A DNA stretch of 64,000 nt. It comes from a virus (taxonomy: Duplodnaviria > Caudoviricetes). The notes beneath the pieces are model-generated. The model did no database searches. It worked only from the letters and a program-made list of their open reading frames with translations, and had not been told where the DNA came from. A program made the translations under genes and the position numbers. The stretch is from IMG/VR virus record IMGVR_UViG_3300036045_000513, positions 1,201 through 65,200 of that record; one strand, 5' to 3'. Of this stretch, positions 7,766 to 16,616 are shown piece after piece. Each line of letters opens with the position of its first letter. The first letter of the stretch is position 1.

Positions 7766-8665
7766 TCACTTCCCTCCTGTGCTCTGGCCGATGGGCCGGT
7801 TGACGGCAACGAGCCCCGGCACGTTGAACGCGGTTTCCTGCGCCTTCGCAGTCCCGTTGATCGCCTTCCAGTCGAGCGCGAGGTAGGCGACAAGCTCCGG
7901 GCGCTCGGCGAGCGCAGCGGCGATCAGGCGGATCGCGGCCTTGTCGTCGACGACCCCTTGCGCCAGCTGCCCCACGAAGTTCTTGCGCTGCGAGTACCCG
8001 GCGACCTTGGGGGCCTCGATCGGTGCGACGATCGGCGCCGCGGCGGCGAGGATCGCGGTCTGCGCCTTCTGCTCGCCGCGCTCGAGCGCCTGGCGCTCCT
8101 TCTCGTTGAGCGCCGCGGCTTCGGCTGCGGCCTTTGCTGCCGCCTTGGCGTTGCCTTCCTCCTCGGCTTTGCGGCGCGCCGCTTCGGCGGCTTCGGCCTG
8201 CCGGCGCACCTCGGCGGCTTCGGCGTCGGCCTTGGCACGCGCGGCCGCGGCTTCCTGCTCGGCCTTCTCGCGCGCCTTGCGGTTCTCATCTTCGATCCGG
8301 CGGCGCTCCGCGTCGACCTTCGCCTGCTCGTCGGCGATGTACTTGTCGATCTTCTGGCCGTAGATCGTCGCGGCGCGCTCCGCCGACCGCGCGAAGGGGA
8401 CAAAGAAGCCGTTGGTGTTCCGCTCGGCCACCCGTAGCGGCTCGGTGATCGAGAGGCGCGTGGCATCGAGGTCCTTTGCGAGCTGCCGAGCCTCGCGGCG
8501 CTGCTGCTGCGCGAAGTCGGCCATCTCCTTGCAGTCGATCACGAAGCCTTCGGCCTCCTGGACCACCACGCCGGCGCGGGCGACCATGCGCGTGGCCTCG
8601 GGGGTCATCGCGACCCGCGCGACCTGGGGCTCGAAAGTAGTCGGAGCGGTGACGGTGTTGTTCAT
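7766..8665 (-). CDS. Ala/Glu/Lys-rich coiled-coil protein of the recombination module
   Basis: LDATRLSITEPL, long EAAA helix, C-terminal FNVPGL; AGGAGG RBS. Confidence 0.7.
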   Translation of the reverse strand: MNNTVTAPTTFEPQVARVAMTPEATRMVARAGVVVQEAEGFVIDCKEMADFAQQQRREARQLAKDLDATRLSITEPLRVAERNTNGFFVPFARSAERAATIYGQKIDKYIADEQAKVDAERRRIEDENRKAREKAEQEAAAARAKADAEAAEVRRQAEAAEAARRKAEEEGNAKAAAKAAAEAAALNEKERQALERGEQKAQTAILAAAAPIVAPIEAPKVAGYSQRKNFVGQLAQGVVDDKAAIRLIAAALAERPELVAYLALDWKAINGTAKAQETAFNVPGLVAVNRPIGQSTGGK

Positions 8666-8993
8666 GCTGTAGCCTCCTTGACGTGCGCCCATGCCTCCCC
8701 GCGCACAATTTTGCTGATCGTCGTTTGATAGACCCCGAATGCAGCAGCGAGGTCTACTTGCCTCTCGCCGGGCGCACGCAAAAGCCGACATCGCAGCGGT
8801 GCAGCACGTGCAGCCCGTCCGGTACATCGCCGTTCGCGATCTCCCAAGAAAGGCGGTGCGCCTTGTGCACGCGCCCCGCCAAGTTGAACGCGCCATAACG
8901 GTAGGCGGTGTCCTTGCCGATCCAGAGCCAGCACTCAAAGCCTGGCACTCTCTCCACGAACCGCCAGAAATCGTCAACCGTGTTTGGTCGCAT
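8662..8993 (-). pseudogene. HNH endonuclease remnant (internal deletion and frameshift)
   Basis: FWRFV..CWLWIG...AHRLSWEIANG.VPDGLHVLHRCD..CVRP stops early; HTH tail GERQVDLAAAFGVYQTTISKIVRG is in another frame. Confidence 0.75.
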
Positions 8994-9591
8994 GAAGTTC
9001 TATCCCGGCGTTGTGAATCGTGAGGCACGCCAGGAACACGGCCTCGTCGTTCGGATCGGTGAATTCGGGGAAGCGGTACGTCCCGTTGTCGTTGAGGACG
9101 AGCGCGTGCCGCCGGCGTATGCGTTGCAGCGGGAACTCGCGCTCCCACAGCATCTTGTACGCGGCTAATTGGTAGCCGATCGCCCGGCCGGCGTAGAGCG
9201 AGCGCTTCGCGTCGATCAGCCGGCGCTCGCCGTGCACGTACCCCACGATGTCGAGCGTCCCGCCGACCCGCAGCCGCGGGCAGGCCATGCGGTACTCGGC
9301 CACGATCGGCTCGAACTCGGTTTCCCGCTTGAACTTGCACCACGCCGCGTAGCGCGGGGCGAGCCACAGCGGCAGGCCGTCGACGTCGAGCTCGCCGCGG
9401 ATGTCGAGCTCCACCATCGCGTGAATCGCCCTGCCTTCGTCCTGGGCCCGCCGCAGCACCTCCTGCGGGATGTGGCTGTAGTCGGTGAGGCTCGACAGGA
9501 CGCCGGTCACGTGCGGGATGACACGACCGTCGAGGCGGTAGGTATGCGTGGCCTCGTCGAAGTCGAGGCGCGGGGCGGGGACGGCGCTCAT
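8974..9591 (-). CDS. PD-(D/E)XK exonuclease (recombination)
   Basis: FDEATHTY.LDG..IPHVT, GRAIH, GGTLDIV..LIDAK, YQLAAY; paired with the SSAP gene. Confidence 0.85.
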   Translation of the reverse strand: MSAVPAPRLDFDEATHTYRLDGRVIPHVTGVLSSLTDYSHIPQEVLRRAQDEGRAIHAMVELDIRGELDVDGLPLWLAPRYAAWCKFKRETEFEPIVAEYRMACPRLRVGGTLDIVGYVHGERRLIDAKRSLYAGRAIGYQLAAYKMLWEREFPLQRIRRRHALVLNDNGTYRFPEFTDPNDEAVFLACLTIHNAGIELHATKHG

Positions 9592-10484
9592 GCCGCCTTC
9601 CCGGGGTTCGCCTTGATCCAGTCGAGCACGTCGTTCACCTTGGCGAAGGTGATGTGGTCGATCTCGCCCCACTGCCCGGCGAGATCGAGTTCGGACAGCG
9701 CGGCGCGCTTGAGCGCTGCGCGGATCATCGACTTCGCGCCCTCGGTGATCGGTTTCCCGTTCCCGTTGGCACCCGCCGGCGCCTCGCCCGCCGGCGGGTG
9801 CTCTTGCTGCCCCGTCTTTGGAGCCGCCTCACCCGGGGAGGTCGGGCGCGACGGCGTTTGCGAGGAGGGCTCGGTGCGTTTCTGAGGCTGCTCCACCGTG
9901 ACCGTGGCGGTTGGCGTTACGTCGATCGGCTCGCCCGGCGCCATGTCGGCGACTTCCTCCGGGGTGTAGATGCCGGCCGCGCCAAGGCAGGCCGGGTAGA
10001 CGGTGCGCACGCCCTCGCTGATGCAGCGAGAGCGGAACATTTCGCGCGACCAGTAGCGGTAGTTCGCCTTGTCGGCGAGCGGCTCCCACGCCTCCTTCTT
10101 GCTGTTCCAGCTCTTGACCTTGTTCGCCCTCGCCATGTCCCACCTGACGCGGACCGAACCGCCAACCGGGTGAGAGAACGTCGCCTCGGATCCGTCATCA
10201 CCGTAGGCGTGCCACTCCACCTTGCCGCCAGCGCGCTGAAAGCGCGCGAGCATCGCCTCGGCCTTGCGGGCGGCGCGGCCTTGGATGATGTGGTACTCCT
10301 GCGCCGCGGTCGCTGGGTGCAGGCCCTCGGCCTGGGCGATCAGGCAGAGCGCGAGCGCCTGCTCTGGCGTTTCCATGCCGAAGAGCTTCGACTTCGCGAT
10401 CGCGAGCGCCATCTTCTCGAGCTCGGCGTACGAGAACTGCTGCGCCGGCAGCGCCGGCTGCGCGTAGACGACGGGCGCGTTCAC
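9588..10484 (-). CDS. RecT-like single-strand annealing protein
   Basis: MALAIAKSKLFG..TPEQALAL..IAQAEGLHP..YHIIQGR..KAEAMLARF, MFRSRCISEGVR, GIYTPEE. Confidence 0.85.
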   Translation of the reverse strand: MNAPVVYAQPALPAQQFSYAELEKMALAIAKSKLFGMETPEQALALCLIAQAEGLHPATAAQEYHIIQGRAARKAEAMLARFQRAGGKVEWHAYGDDGSEATFSHPVGGSVRVRWDMARANKVKSWNSKKEAWEPLADKANYRYWSREMFRSRCISEGVRTVYPACLGAAGIYTPEEVADMAPGEPIDVTPTATVTVEQPQKRTEPSSQTPSRPTSPGEAAPKTGQQEHPPAGEAPAGANGNGKPITEGAKSMIRAALKRAALSELDLAGQWGEIDHITFAKVNDVLDWIKANPGKAA

Positions 10485-10684
10485 GGCTTCACCTCCTTGG
10501 GCTTCCTGATGAGAGGCCGGACCTTCTCCGCGCGTTCTGCGGCATCGGCCTTCGCGATCGCAGCCAGGCGCCGCTTCTCGCGCGCGATGGTGTCGGCGAC
10601 GTTCGTGGCGGCGCTCGAGCGCCACTTGAACGCCCGGGACAGGATCGACACCCGGGGCTTGGGACGGCTGGTTTCGTCGGTCAT
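10481..10684 (-). CDS. first gene of the leftward operon, small basic protein
   Basis: SILSRAFKWRSSAATNVADT; directly follows the PL-like promoter. Confidence 0.65.
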   Translation of the reverse strand: MTDETSRPKPRVSILSRAFKWRSSAATNVADTIAREKRRLAAIAKADAAERAEKVRPLIRKPKEVKP

Positions 10685-10693
10685 GGTGCCACG

Positions 10694-10767
10694 ACGATAC
10701 CAAGCCACAAACGACTAGTCAAGCCACAGACGGCTATTTTCGAGCGGACAGTAGCCGCGACCGGCTT
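10694..10767 (-). promoter_or_regulatory. PL-like promoter with three operators
   Basis: TTGACT(10722-10717)-17 nt-TATCGT(10699-10694); AGCC-N6-G(G/A)CT palindromes at 10702, 10721, 10752. Confidence 0.75.
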
Positions 10768-10779
10768 GAACCTTGACGA

Positions 10780-10971
10780 CTACCTGACGATGCGGAGTTT
10801 CGGGCGGCGGGACGCCTGGCGGGGCGCCTTGGGCGCCGCGGCGGGGTCGATGGAGGCCACGAACCGGACGAAGTCGTGGACGACCGCGCGCTGCTCGGGG
10901 GTCATCCCGCGCAGGGTCGCGCAGATCGCTTCGGCTTCCTCCGAACCGAGCGGATCGAGTATTTCTTTCAT
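10780..10971 (-). CDS. small hypothetical protein downstream of the repressor
   Basis: 63 aa, ends ...PKLRIVR. Confidence 0.5.
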   Translation of the reverse strand: MKEILDPLGSEEAEAICATLRGMTPEQRAVVHDFVRFVASIDPAAAPKAPRQASRRPKLRIVR

Positions 10972-11007
10972 GTGCGCGTCAATCTAACACGCACCACCGG
11001 CCTATCG

Positions 11008-11028
11008 TTACCTGTCATGGACAGGTAA
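11008..11028. repeat. 9-bp inverted repeat
   Basis: TTACCTGTC-ATG-GACAGGTAA just after the repressor stop. Confidence 0.6.
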
Positions 11029-11036
11029 TGCGTGAC

Positions 11037-11420
11037 TTACTTCACGTTTCTCGGCGGCTTGGGTTTTCGCTGCGACGAGCTCGGTTCCTCTATGCCGAGG
11101 AGGCGGTCGACGCCTTCCAGGATTCGCAGCAGTTCGTCCAGCTTGTCCGTCGGCACCCGGTCGATGATTCCCCAGATGCGGTCCTCGAGCGCGGTGCGGC
11201 GGTTCTCCTCCGCGGGCTCGATCAACCGCCAGGGCGGAACGCCGAGGGCGCGCGCGATCGCGTCGAGCGTGTAGAGGGTGGGGTTCCCTTCGAGGCGGTA
11301 GAGGCGCCCCAAGGCGCCCTGACCGAGTTTCGACAGCCGGCCGAGCTCAGCTTGAGTCCGGCCACCGCTGTCGATCGCTGCCTTGATCCGCCGGTGTAGC
11401 AGCTCGAACGAGCTAGCCAT
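11037..11420 (-). CDS. CI-like XRE HTH repressor (no S24 peptidase domain)
   Basis: TQAELGRLSKLGQGALGRLYRLEGNPTLYTLDAIARALGVPPWRLI; divergent from a cro-like gene. Confidence 0.85.
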   Translation of the reverse strand: MASSFELLHRRIKAAIDSGGRTQAELGRLSKLGQGALGRLYRLEGNPTLYTLDAIARALGVPPWRLIEPAEENRRTALEDRIWGIIDRVPTDKLDELLRILEGVDRLLGIEEPSSSQRKPKPPRNVK

Positions 11421-11444
11421 AGGCAGCATTGTGTCGGGATCTAC

Positions 11445-11488
11445 CGGCCATGTGAGGCTTGCGCGTAGAAGCCGTCTATGGCTAGAAT
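11445..11488 (+). promoter_or_regulatory. PR-like promoter with two operators
   Basis: TTGCGC(11459)-18 nt-TAGAAT(11483); operators GGCC-ATGTGA-GGCT and AGCC-GTCTAT-GGCT. Confidence 0.7.
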
Positions 11489-11496
11489 GTCCCGCC

Positions 11497-11775
11497 ATGC
11501 AGACCGATTACGACTATGTGATGGAGCGGCTAGCTCAGAAGAAGGGGCAGTGGCCGTCGATCGCGGAAGCAAGCGGGGTTCCCAAGGACACGCTGGTCAA
11601 GGTCGCGCAGGGCAAGACCGACCCGCGGGCGTCCACGGTCGATCGCCTCGTTCGCTACTTTCGCGGCATCGAAGTACCCGCTGACGTTCCAGCCGGCGCC
11701 GGCGAGCAGCAGCCCGCAGCCGGCGGCGATCAGCCAGCGCCGCCCCGCGGGCAGGCGGTAGCCGAGCCGCGCTGA
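11497..11775 (+). CDS. Cro-like HTH protein
   Basis: WPSIAEASGVPKDTLVKVAQGKTDPRASTVDRLVRYF; probably a leaderless mRNA. Confidence 0.85.
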   Translation: MQTDYDYVMERLAQKKGQWPSIAEASGVPKDTLVKVAQGKTDPRASTVDRLVRYFRGIEVPADVPAGAGEQQPAAGGDQPAPPRGQAVAEPR

Positions 11776-11850
11776 ACCAAGGGTCACCGGCACGAAGCAG
11801 ACGGCGGTCGCCGCCAGCCAGAACCCGAAGAGGCCGAGCCAGGTGGACAT
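11530..11850 (-). CDS. possible two-TM membrane protein antisense to cro
   Basis: MSTWLGLFGFWLAATAVCFVPVTLG...WLIAAGCGLLLAGAGW. Confidence 0.35.
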   Translation of the reverse strand: MSTWLGLFGFWLAATAVCFVPVTLGSARLGYRLPAGRRWLIAAGCGLLLAGAGWNVSGYFDAAKVANEAIDRGRPRVGLALRDLDQRVLGNPACFRDRRPLPLLLS

Positions 11851-12040
11851 GGGAAACGGTCAGCGTAGCACGTCGAGGGGAACGCAGCCGATGTACGTCG
11901 GGCGCTCCCTCGCCTTGGAGAGCCGGACCTGATGGAGCCGCGCGCGGTCGCAGGCGGGCTTGTCCGGGTAGACGCCGAGGTTCACGCCGGTCGTGTCGGT
12001 CGGCGAGAGCACCACTAGGGCCACGAGGAGGTACGTCACG

Positions 12041-12355
12041 ATGACGACAGTCTCGATTGGTCAGTTGGAAAGGGCGCGCAAGAATTTCTCCGCGATCTTG
12101 TCTCGCCTTGCGAGTGTCGGACAATCCAACGTCGCCAAGGAGTTAGGCGTCGCCGAGTCGACGATCAGTCGGCTGAAATCTGAGGGCGACCTCGAGCAGT
12201 TCGCCAAGCTCCTCGCCGCGGTTGGCCTCAAGGCGGTGCCGGTCGAACTGCGCTGCTACGACCCGAAGGACATCGACCCGCTGCTTCAACTCGCCCGGCG
12301 CCATCTCGCCCAGGTGGCGAGCGCCGAGCAACTCGCGTTCGACGACCCGGAGTAG
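12041..12355 (+). CDS. CII-like transcription activator
   Basis: ERARKN..ILSRLASVGQSNVAKELGVAESTISRLK..LAAVGLKAVP; GAGGAGG RBS. Confidence 0.85.
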   Translation: MTTVSIGQLERARKNFSAILSRLASVGQSNVAKELGVAESTISRLKSEGDLEQFAKLLAAVGLKAVPVELRCYDPKDIDPLLQLARRHLAQVASAEQLAFDDPE

Positions 12356-12360
12356 GGCGT

Positions 12361-13263
12361 GTGCCGGGGGACTGGATGAAGGTCGAGCTCTCCACCATCG
12401 ACAAGCCCGAGGTCCTCGGTATCGCCCGGCGCCTCGGCGTCACGCGCGACGACGCGCTCGGCAAGGTGATCCGCCTGTGGGGGTGGTTCAACGCCCATTC
12501 TGTAGACGGTATTGTAGTCGGCGCTGTAGACGCTGATATAGACGCGCTCGTTCTACACGAAGGCTTCGCGACAGCGCTGCGCGAGGTCGGATGGCTCGGC
12601 GACGACCCCGCCGGCCGCGGCGTCGGCATCCCGAAGTTCGATCGCCACACCAGCGAAAGCGCGAAGAATCGGGCACTTAAGGCCGAACGACAGGCGCGTT
12701 GGCGCGACGGTCGTGTAGACGGTCCTGTAGACGATTCGGCGTCTACGCCTCTCTCTCTTAGTAGTTCTTCTTCCTTGAAGGGGGATGCAAGGGGGAAACA
12801 GCGCGCGACGGGCCCGCTGTTCGTCCCGCCGGGGTGGATCCCTGGTCCGGTGTGGGATGCCTTCGAGGCGATGCGCCGGAAGATCCGCAAGCCGATGACC
12901 GAGCGGGCGCGCGAGCTCGTCGTAATCGAGTTGGAGAAGCTACGCGCCGCCGGCGAGGATCCGGTCGCGGTGCTCGAGCAGTCGATCCGCAACGACTGGC
13001 AGGACGTCTACCCGGTGAAGCTGAAGGCCGGCAGCGGCGCGGCTATCGCGCCGCTCGACCGCGCGCAGTGGTGGCGCTCGCCGGAGGGGGTCCGCGTCAA
13101 GGCCGCCGAGTACGGCCTCGTGAGCAGCGGCGACATCGTGCCCCTTCGGGCGCGGGTGTACCTCCGCGCCGGCGACGGGCCGTGGCTGCACGACAGCCGG
13201 TTCTGCAACGCCACCGTGAAGCGGCTGATGGAGGAAATCGCGCGCGAGGAGGCCCCGGCGTGA
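12361..13263 (+). CDS. phage replication initiator protein
   Basis: MPGDWMKV..DKPEV..LGKVIRLWGWF, PKFDRH.SESAKNRA; C-terminal WDAFEAMRRKIRKPMT..VLEQSI.NDWQ. Confidence 0.8.
   Translation: MPGDWMKVELSTIDKPEVLGIARRLGVTRDDALGKVIRLWGWFNAHSVDGIVVGAVDADIDALVLHEGFATALREVGWLGDDPAGRGVGIPKFDRHTSESAKNRALKAERQARWRDGRVDGPVDDSASTPLSLSSSSSLKGDARGKQRATGPLFVPPGWIPGPVWDAFEAMRRKIRKPMTERARELVVIELEKLRAAGEDPVAVLEQSIRNDWQDVYPVKLKAGSGAAIAPLDRAQWWRSPEGVRVKAAEYGLVSSGDIVPLRARVYLRAGDGPWLHDSRFCNATVKRLMEEIAREEAPA
12501..12746 (+). repeat. putative origin iterons
   Basis: TGTAGACG-like octamers at 12501, 12513, 12525, 12537, 12714, 12726 (12-nt spacing), inverted copy near 12740, then a pyrimidine-rich tract. Confidence 0.6.
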
Positions 13264-13719
13264 CGCTGCGCATCGTCCCGATCGACCTCGCCGAAGCGAA
13301 CGACTTCGTGTTCCGCCTGCATCGCCACAACGATCCGGTGCCGGGCGCGAAGTTCTCGATCGGCGTCGAGGACGACGGCGGGTTGCGCGGCGTCGCGATC
13401 GTCGGGCGGCCGGTGGCGCCGGCCCTGCAGCGCAACCGCTTCGCGTGCGAAGTGCGCCGCGTCTGCACTGACGGCGCGCGCAATGCGTGCTCTGCGCTGT
13501 ACGGCGCAGCGCGGCGCGCAGCTCGCGCGATGGGCTTCCGTGAGATCTACACCTACACCCTACCGGAGGAGGGGGGGGGCGAGTCTAAGGGCGGCAGGCT
13601 TTCGGCTCGACAAGGAGGACGCCGGAGGTCCGGCGCACCTCTGGCACAACCGACCGGGGCGCACCGTGAAACCAGTCGGTGACGACCTCATCGGCGGGAA
13701 GTGGCGGTGGGTGGGGTGA
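13260..13719 (+). pseudogene. XF1762-family protein frameshifted at a G9 tract
   Basis: EANDFV.RLHRH..P, GVAIVGRPVA, NACSALYGAA, YTLPEEGG|ASLRAAG; G8 would restore the frame. Confidence 0.75.
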
Positions 13720-15113
13720 GCTACGCCGACTTTCTGGCGCGCAAGGCGCAGCGGGGCGCCGATACCGGCTTTGCCCCGGTCTGGATGCCGGGCTTCCTGT
13801 TCGACTTCCAAGCCGCGCTCGTGGAGTGGGCGATCCGCAAGGGGCGCGCCGCGCTGCTCGAGGACTGCGGTCTTGGCAAGACGCCGCAGCAGTTGGTGTG
13901 GGCGGAGAACGTCGTGCGCAAGACCGCGAAGCCGGTACTGGTTCTGACGCCGCTTGCCGTGTCCCATCAAACGATCGCCGAAGCGGAGAAGTTTGGCATC
14001 GAATGTGCCAGACCGCTTGGTGGTACGCCGAAGCTGGCCTGCATCAACGTGGTGAATTACGAGCGGCTGCATCACTTCAATGCTGCTGACTTCGCTGGCG
14101 TTGTGTGCGACGAGTCGAGTATCTTGAAGTCGTTCGACGGCGAGCGAAAAGCGCAGATAACGCAGTTCATGCGGGGCTTGCCGTATCGCCTACTCTGCAC
14201 CGCGACCGCAGCTCCGAACGATTACGTCGAGCTCGGCACGAGCAGCGAAGCCCTTGGCTACCTCGGCTACATGGACATGCTCTCGCGCTTCTTCAAGAAC
14301 GACCAGGGCAACACGATCAAGCCGCTGATGTACCGCCACCACGAACAGAACTTCGCCGCCAAGGACGATGGAGCGAAGTGGCGCTTCAAAGGACACGCCG
14401 AAGTGCCGTTCTGGCGCTGGGTGTGCTCGTGGGCGCGGGCGATCCGTAAGCCGTCCGACCTTGGGTTCACTGATGAGCGCTTCGTGTTGCCGCCGCTCAT
14501 TGAGCGCGACCATCTCGTGTCCGCCGAAACGCTCCCGGATGGCCTCCTCTTCGCTCTTCCGGCCGTCGGGTTGAAAGAACAGCGAGAGGAGCGACGCCGC
14601 ACGATCAAGGAGCGCTGCGAGAAAGCCGCAGAGTTGGCAGGCCGCGATGCCGGGCAGTCGCTTGTGTGGTGTCACTTGAACGAGGAGGGCGACCTTCTGG
14701 AGCGGCTGATTCCGTCTGCCGTTCAGGTGAGCGGCCAAGATTCCGACGAGGAAAAGGAGGCCAAGTTCATGGCCTTTGCTTCGGGCGAGGCGCGCGTTCT
14801 CGTCACGAAACCCAAGATCGGCGCATGGGGGCTCAACTTCCAGCGCTGCGCGCACGTCGTGTTTTTCCCATCGCACTCGTTTGAGCAGTATTACCAAGGC
14901 GTGCGGCGCTGCTGGAGGTTCGGACAGCAGCGCCCTGTCGTCGTGGACGTTGTGACGACGGAGGGCGAGAAGAGCGTCCTCGCTAACCTTCAGCGCAAGG
15001 CGATAGCAGCCTCACGCATGTTCGACAGCCTCGTCGCCCATATGGGCGCAGCGACCTCCATCGAGCGCGCGGCAACGTACACCAAGAAAGAGGAGTCCCC
15101 GGCGTGGCTGTAG
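13716..15113 (+). CDS. SF2 (SNF2-like) helicase
   Basis: LFDFQ, DCGLGKT, DESSILK, TATAAPND, QGVRRCWRFGQ. Confidence 0.9.
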   Translation: MSYADFLARKAQRGADTGFAPVWMPGFLFDFQAALVEWAIRKGRAALLEDCGLGKTPQQLVWAENVVRKTAKPVLVLTPLAVSHQTIAEAEKFGIECARPLGGTPKLACINVVNYERLHHFNAADFAGVVCDESSILKSFDGERKAQITQFMRGLPYRLLCTATAAPNDYVELGTSSEALGYLGYMDMLSRFFKNDQGNTIKPLMYRHHEQNFAAKDDGAKWRFKGHAEVPFWRWVCSWARAIRKPSDLGFTDERFVLPPLIERDHLVSAETLPDGLLFALPAVGLKEQREERRRTIKERCEKAAELAGRDAGQSLVWCHLNEEGDLLERLIPSAVQVSGQDSDEEKEAKFMAFASGEARVLVTKPKIGAWGLNFQRCAHVVFFPSHSFEQYYQGVRRCWRFGQQRPVVVDVVTTEGEKSVLANLQRKAIAASRMFDSLVAHMGAATSIERAATYTKKEESPAWL

Positions 15114-16081
15114 CAGCACAGAAGATCACCGATCGTTTCGCGATCTATCTCGGCGACTGCTGCGAAGTTCTTCCGGCGCTGCCGGCGCAGTCAGCGCATC
15201 TTTCGGTGTACTCGCCCCCTTTCGGCGGGCTGTTCCATTACAGCTCCAGCGACCGAGACTTGTCTAACGCCGACGACTACGACCAGTTCTTTGAGCACTA
15301 CGGCTTCGTGGTGCGCGAACTTCACCGACTCACGTTGCCGGGCCGCATGACGGCGGTGCATTGCATGGACGTGCCGAGCGGCAACAGCGGCATCGACTAC
15401 CTGATCGATTTCCCCGGAGACATCATTCGCCTGCACGAGCGCGAGGGCTGGCGCTACATCGCCCGCTACGCTATCTGGAAGGAGCCGCTCGGGGTGCGCA
15501 ATCGCACGATGGCGAAGAACCTAGCGCACAAGACTATCGTCGATGATTCTTCGCGGTGTAGCGTCGCGTCAGCCGATTACCTGCTCGTGTTCCGCCGCAA
15601 CGGCGAGAACGCGGTTCCGATCGCGCACCCCGCTGGGCTGCTCGACTACGCTGGAGAGCGGCAACCTCCGCGCGACGTGCTGGCGTTCCGAGGCTGGAAG
15701 GGCAACCAGATCGAGAACCGATACTCGCACTGGATCTGGCGGCAGTACGCCTCCGCCTTCTGGGACGACATCCGCATCAGCCGCGTCCTGCCGTTCAAGC
15801 AGGCGCGCGACGAGGAGGACGAGAAGCACGTCCATCCGCTACAGCTCGACGTGATCGACCGCGTGCTTACGCTTTGGTCGAACCCAGGCGAGACGGTCGT
15901 CACGCCGTTCATGGGTGTCGGATCGGAGGTTTATGCCTCGCTCCTCGCGGGCCGGAAGGCGATCGGCGTTGAACTCAAGCCGAGTTACTACCGGCAGGCG
16001 GAGAAGAACATCGCTGTTGCGGCCGCGGGGCGTCGCGAAGCCGAGCAGGACTTGTTGATTCACTCCGAAGAAACCGCATGA
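15104..16081 (+). CDS. N4-C/N6-A DNA methyltransferase (beta class)
   Basis: SVYSPPF precedes HVHPLQLDVI and PFMGVGSE. Confidence 0.9.
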   Translation: MAVAAQKITDRFAIYLGDCCEVLPALPAQSAHLSVYSPPFGGLFHYSSSDRDLSNADDYDQFFEHYGFVVRELHRLTLPGRMTAVHCMDVPSGNSGIDYLIDFPGDIIRLHEREGWRYIARYAIWKEPLGVRNRTMAKNLAHKTIVDDSSRCSVASADYLLVFRRNGENAVPIAHPAGLLDYAGERQPPRDVLAFRGWKGNQIENRYSHWIWRQYASAFWDDIRISRVLPFKQARDEEDEKHVHPLQLDVIDRVLTLWSNPGETVVTPFMGVGSEVYASLLAGRKAIGVELKPSYYRQAEKNIAVAAAGRREAEQDLLIHSEETA

Positions 16082-16110
16082 CCCCCGCCGAGCACATGGA
16101 GTCGGGCAGG

Positions 16111-16132
16111 CGCCCCCGCGCAAGCGGGGGCG
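16111..16132. terminator. GC hairpin at the end of the inverted gene
   Basis: CGCCCCCGC-GCAA-GCGGGGGCG; no clear U-tract. Confidence 0.45.
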
Positions 16133-16140
16133 TAGTCAGG

Positions 16141-16518
16141 TCAGATTTCCTCTGCCGGCAGGTCAGCGATGCAGTCTTGCACGAGCGCGCTGTGCTGACC
16201 GTCGTGGCCGAGAGACTCGGCGACGCGCCGGATTGCCGCGGGGATGTCGGCGCTTGGCGTGAGGAGTGCTCCGGCCTTGAGATCACGCTCGCCCTGCCAG
16301 TTGGTCGACGTGCCGCCGTAGACGAGCGCGCGACCGTCGGCGTGCTGGCGCACGCGCAAGAACGCGCTGCGGTTTGCACGACTCGGGTGCTCGCCGCCGT
16401 CGTGCCAGTCGGCGCGCGCGATGACCGGCCACTGATCCTCGCGGATCTTCACGGGCGGGCGGCCGGTCAGGGTGATGGTGCGTTGCTTGGGGGTGCTGCT
16501 GACGGTGGAGTCGGACAT
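16141..16518 (-). CDS. moron-like hypothetical protein in inverted orientation
   Basis: RTITLTGRPPVKIREDQWPVIARA...CIADLPAEEI; own AAGGAG RBS and TTGACT-16-CATCAT promoter (16612-16585). Confidence 0.75.
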   Translation of the reverse strand: MSDSTVSSTPKQRTITLTGRPPVKIREDQWPVIARADWHDGGEHPSRANRSAFLRVRQHADGRALVYGGTSTNWQGERDLKAGALLTPSADIPAAIRRVAESLGHDGQHSALVQDCIADLPAEEI

Positions 16519-16616
16519 TGCTTGGATCTCCTTGGTGCCCCTTGGCCCGGGGCGGGGTGCGGATCAAGGCGACCCGCAGGAGCAATGATGCACTTTTCTG
16601 CGCCGGAGTCAAGCGC

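Noticed and set aside
8974-9591. Cas4 as a spacer-acquisition gene
   Set aside because: No Fe-S cysteine cluster; paired with a RecT-like SSAP as an ordinary recombination exonuclease
11012-11024. LexA box
   Set aside because: CTGT-N5-ACAG spacing does not match CTGT-N8-ACAG
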